Assembly: GCA_047495785.1 (NCBI GenBank)
Contig: JBLDXI010000024.1
Location: 5,419,659-5,483,658 of the forward strand
Length of the DNA: 64,000 nucleotides
Reading direction: 5' to 3'
DNA from: Lepidodermella squamata
Taxonomy: Eukaryota; Animalia; Gastrotricha
A program made the position numbers and the translations under genes. How positions within the stretch are numbered: position 1 is the stretch's first letter; every line of letters begins with the position of its first letter. Below are positions 63,201 to 64,000 of the stretch, one piece after another. The notes below the pieces were generated by a model. The model worked only from the letters and a program-made list of their open reading frames with translations, had not been told where the DNA came from and did not search any database.

Positions 63201-64000
63201 TATTCGTTAGTGGCAGCAAGCGCAAACACGTTTGCAGGCGATTCGCGTACAATTCGGATGACCGGTATTTCGCTGGCCAGCCAAAACTGGCTGGAATCGC
63301 TATTAGCAGCCTTGCACGTGTCGCCCATGTTCGGCATCATCCTGAAACCGGCGAAATCACGCATAGCCCGTGCTCTATTCGTTAGTGGCAGCAAGCGCAA
63401 ACACGTTTGCAGGCGATTCGCGTACAATTCGGATGACCGGTATTTCGCTGCCAGCCAAAACTGGCTGGAATCGCTATTAGCAGCCCTTGCTCGTGTCGCC
63501 CATGTTCGGCATCATCCTGAACCGGGCAAATCACGCATAGCCTGCTCTATTCGTAGTGGCAGCAAGCGCAAACACGTTTGCAGGCGATTCGCGTACAATT
63601 CGGATGACGGTATTTCGCTGCAGCCAAAACTGGCTGGAATCGCTATTAGCAGCCCTTGCTCTGTCGCCCATGTTCGCATCATCCTGAAACCGGCGAAATC
63701 ACGCATAGCCTTGCTCTATTCGTTAGTGGCAGCCTAGCGCAAACACGTTTGCAGGCGATCGCGTACAATTCGGATAGCCGTATTTCGTTGGCCAGCCAGA
63801 AACTGGCTGGAATCGCTATAGCAGCCCTTGCTCGTGTCGCCCATGTTCGGCATCATCCTGAACCGGGCAAATCACGCTAGCCCTGCTCTATTCGTTAGTG
63901 GCAAGCAAGCGCAAACACGTTGCAGGCGATTCGCGTACAATACGGATAACCCCGGTATTTCGCTGCACCAAAACGCTGGAACGCTATAAGCAGCCCTTGC
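54268..64000 (-). repeat. 174-bp tandem satellite array, inverted right arm (~56 units, indel-rich, runs off the window)
   Basis: Reverse complement of the same monomer after a GAATCGC microhomology junction at 54268-54274. Confidence 0.97.

Noticed and set aside
52820-63880. Dozens of ORF-track entries in the satellite (MFGIILK..., MHVSPMF..., MRDLP...)
   Set aside because: They are alternate frames of the same 174-bp monomer joined by 1-nt indels, not independent genes.
40754-64000. CRISPR array or canonical CENP-B box in the repeat
   Set aside because: Monomers are head-to-tail with no unique spacers. The nearest match to the CENP-B box (TTCGGATGACCGGT) lacks the required CGGG at the right spacing.

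Overview
Animal nuclear DNA (spliceosomal GT-AG introns, GC-rich exons, a goosecoid homeobox gene) in three zones. (1) 1-32.2 kb is gene-rich: the 3' part of an ELAPOR/KIAA1324-like gene; one ORF fusing an ataxin-10-like domain to GDP-D-glucose phosphorylase (GDPGP1), with two paralogous alternative last exons; a Tctex1-domain dynein light chain; goosecoid; a Q/N-rich coiled-coil gene I cannot assign; and a PP2A B56 subunit. (2) 33.3-40.75 kb is a transition zone with 16 tRNA genes, all with different anticodons and about half damaged. It is interleaved with non-LTR retrotransposon insertions and ends in a pogo/Tc2-type DNA transposon remnant. (3) 40.75 kb to the window end is a ~23 kb array of a 174-bp tandem repeat (~133 units) that switches orientation at ~54,270. 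Main finding: the monomer is exactly 58 codons and has no stop on one strand, giving ~10 kb of unbroken frame that the ORF track misses because it has no start codon. Most recurrent variants are synonymous in that frame, and the peptide resembles the CENP-B/pogo-type helix-turn-helix by eye. All family assignments come from remembered motifs, not database searches.
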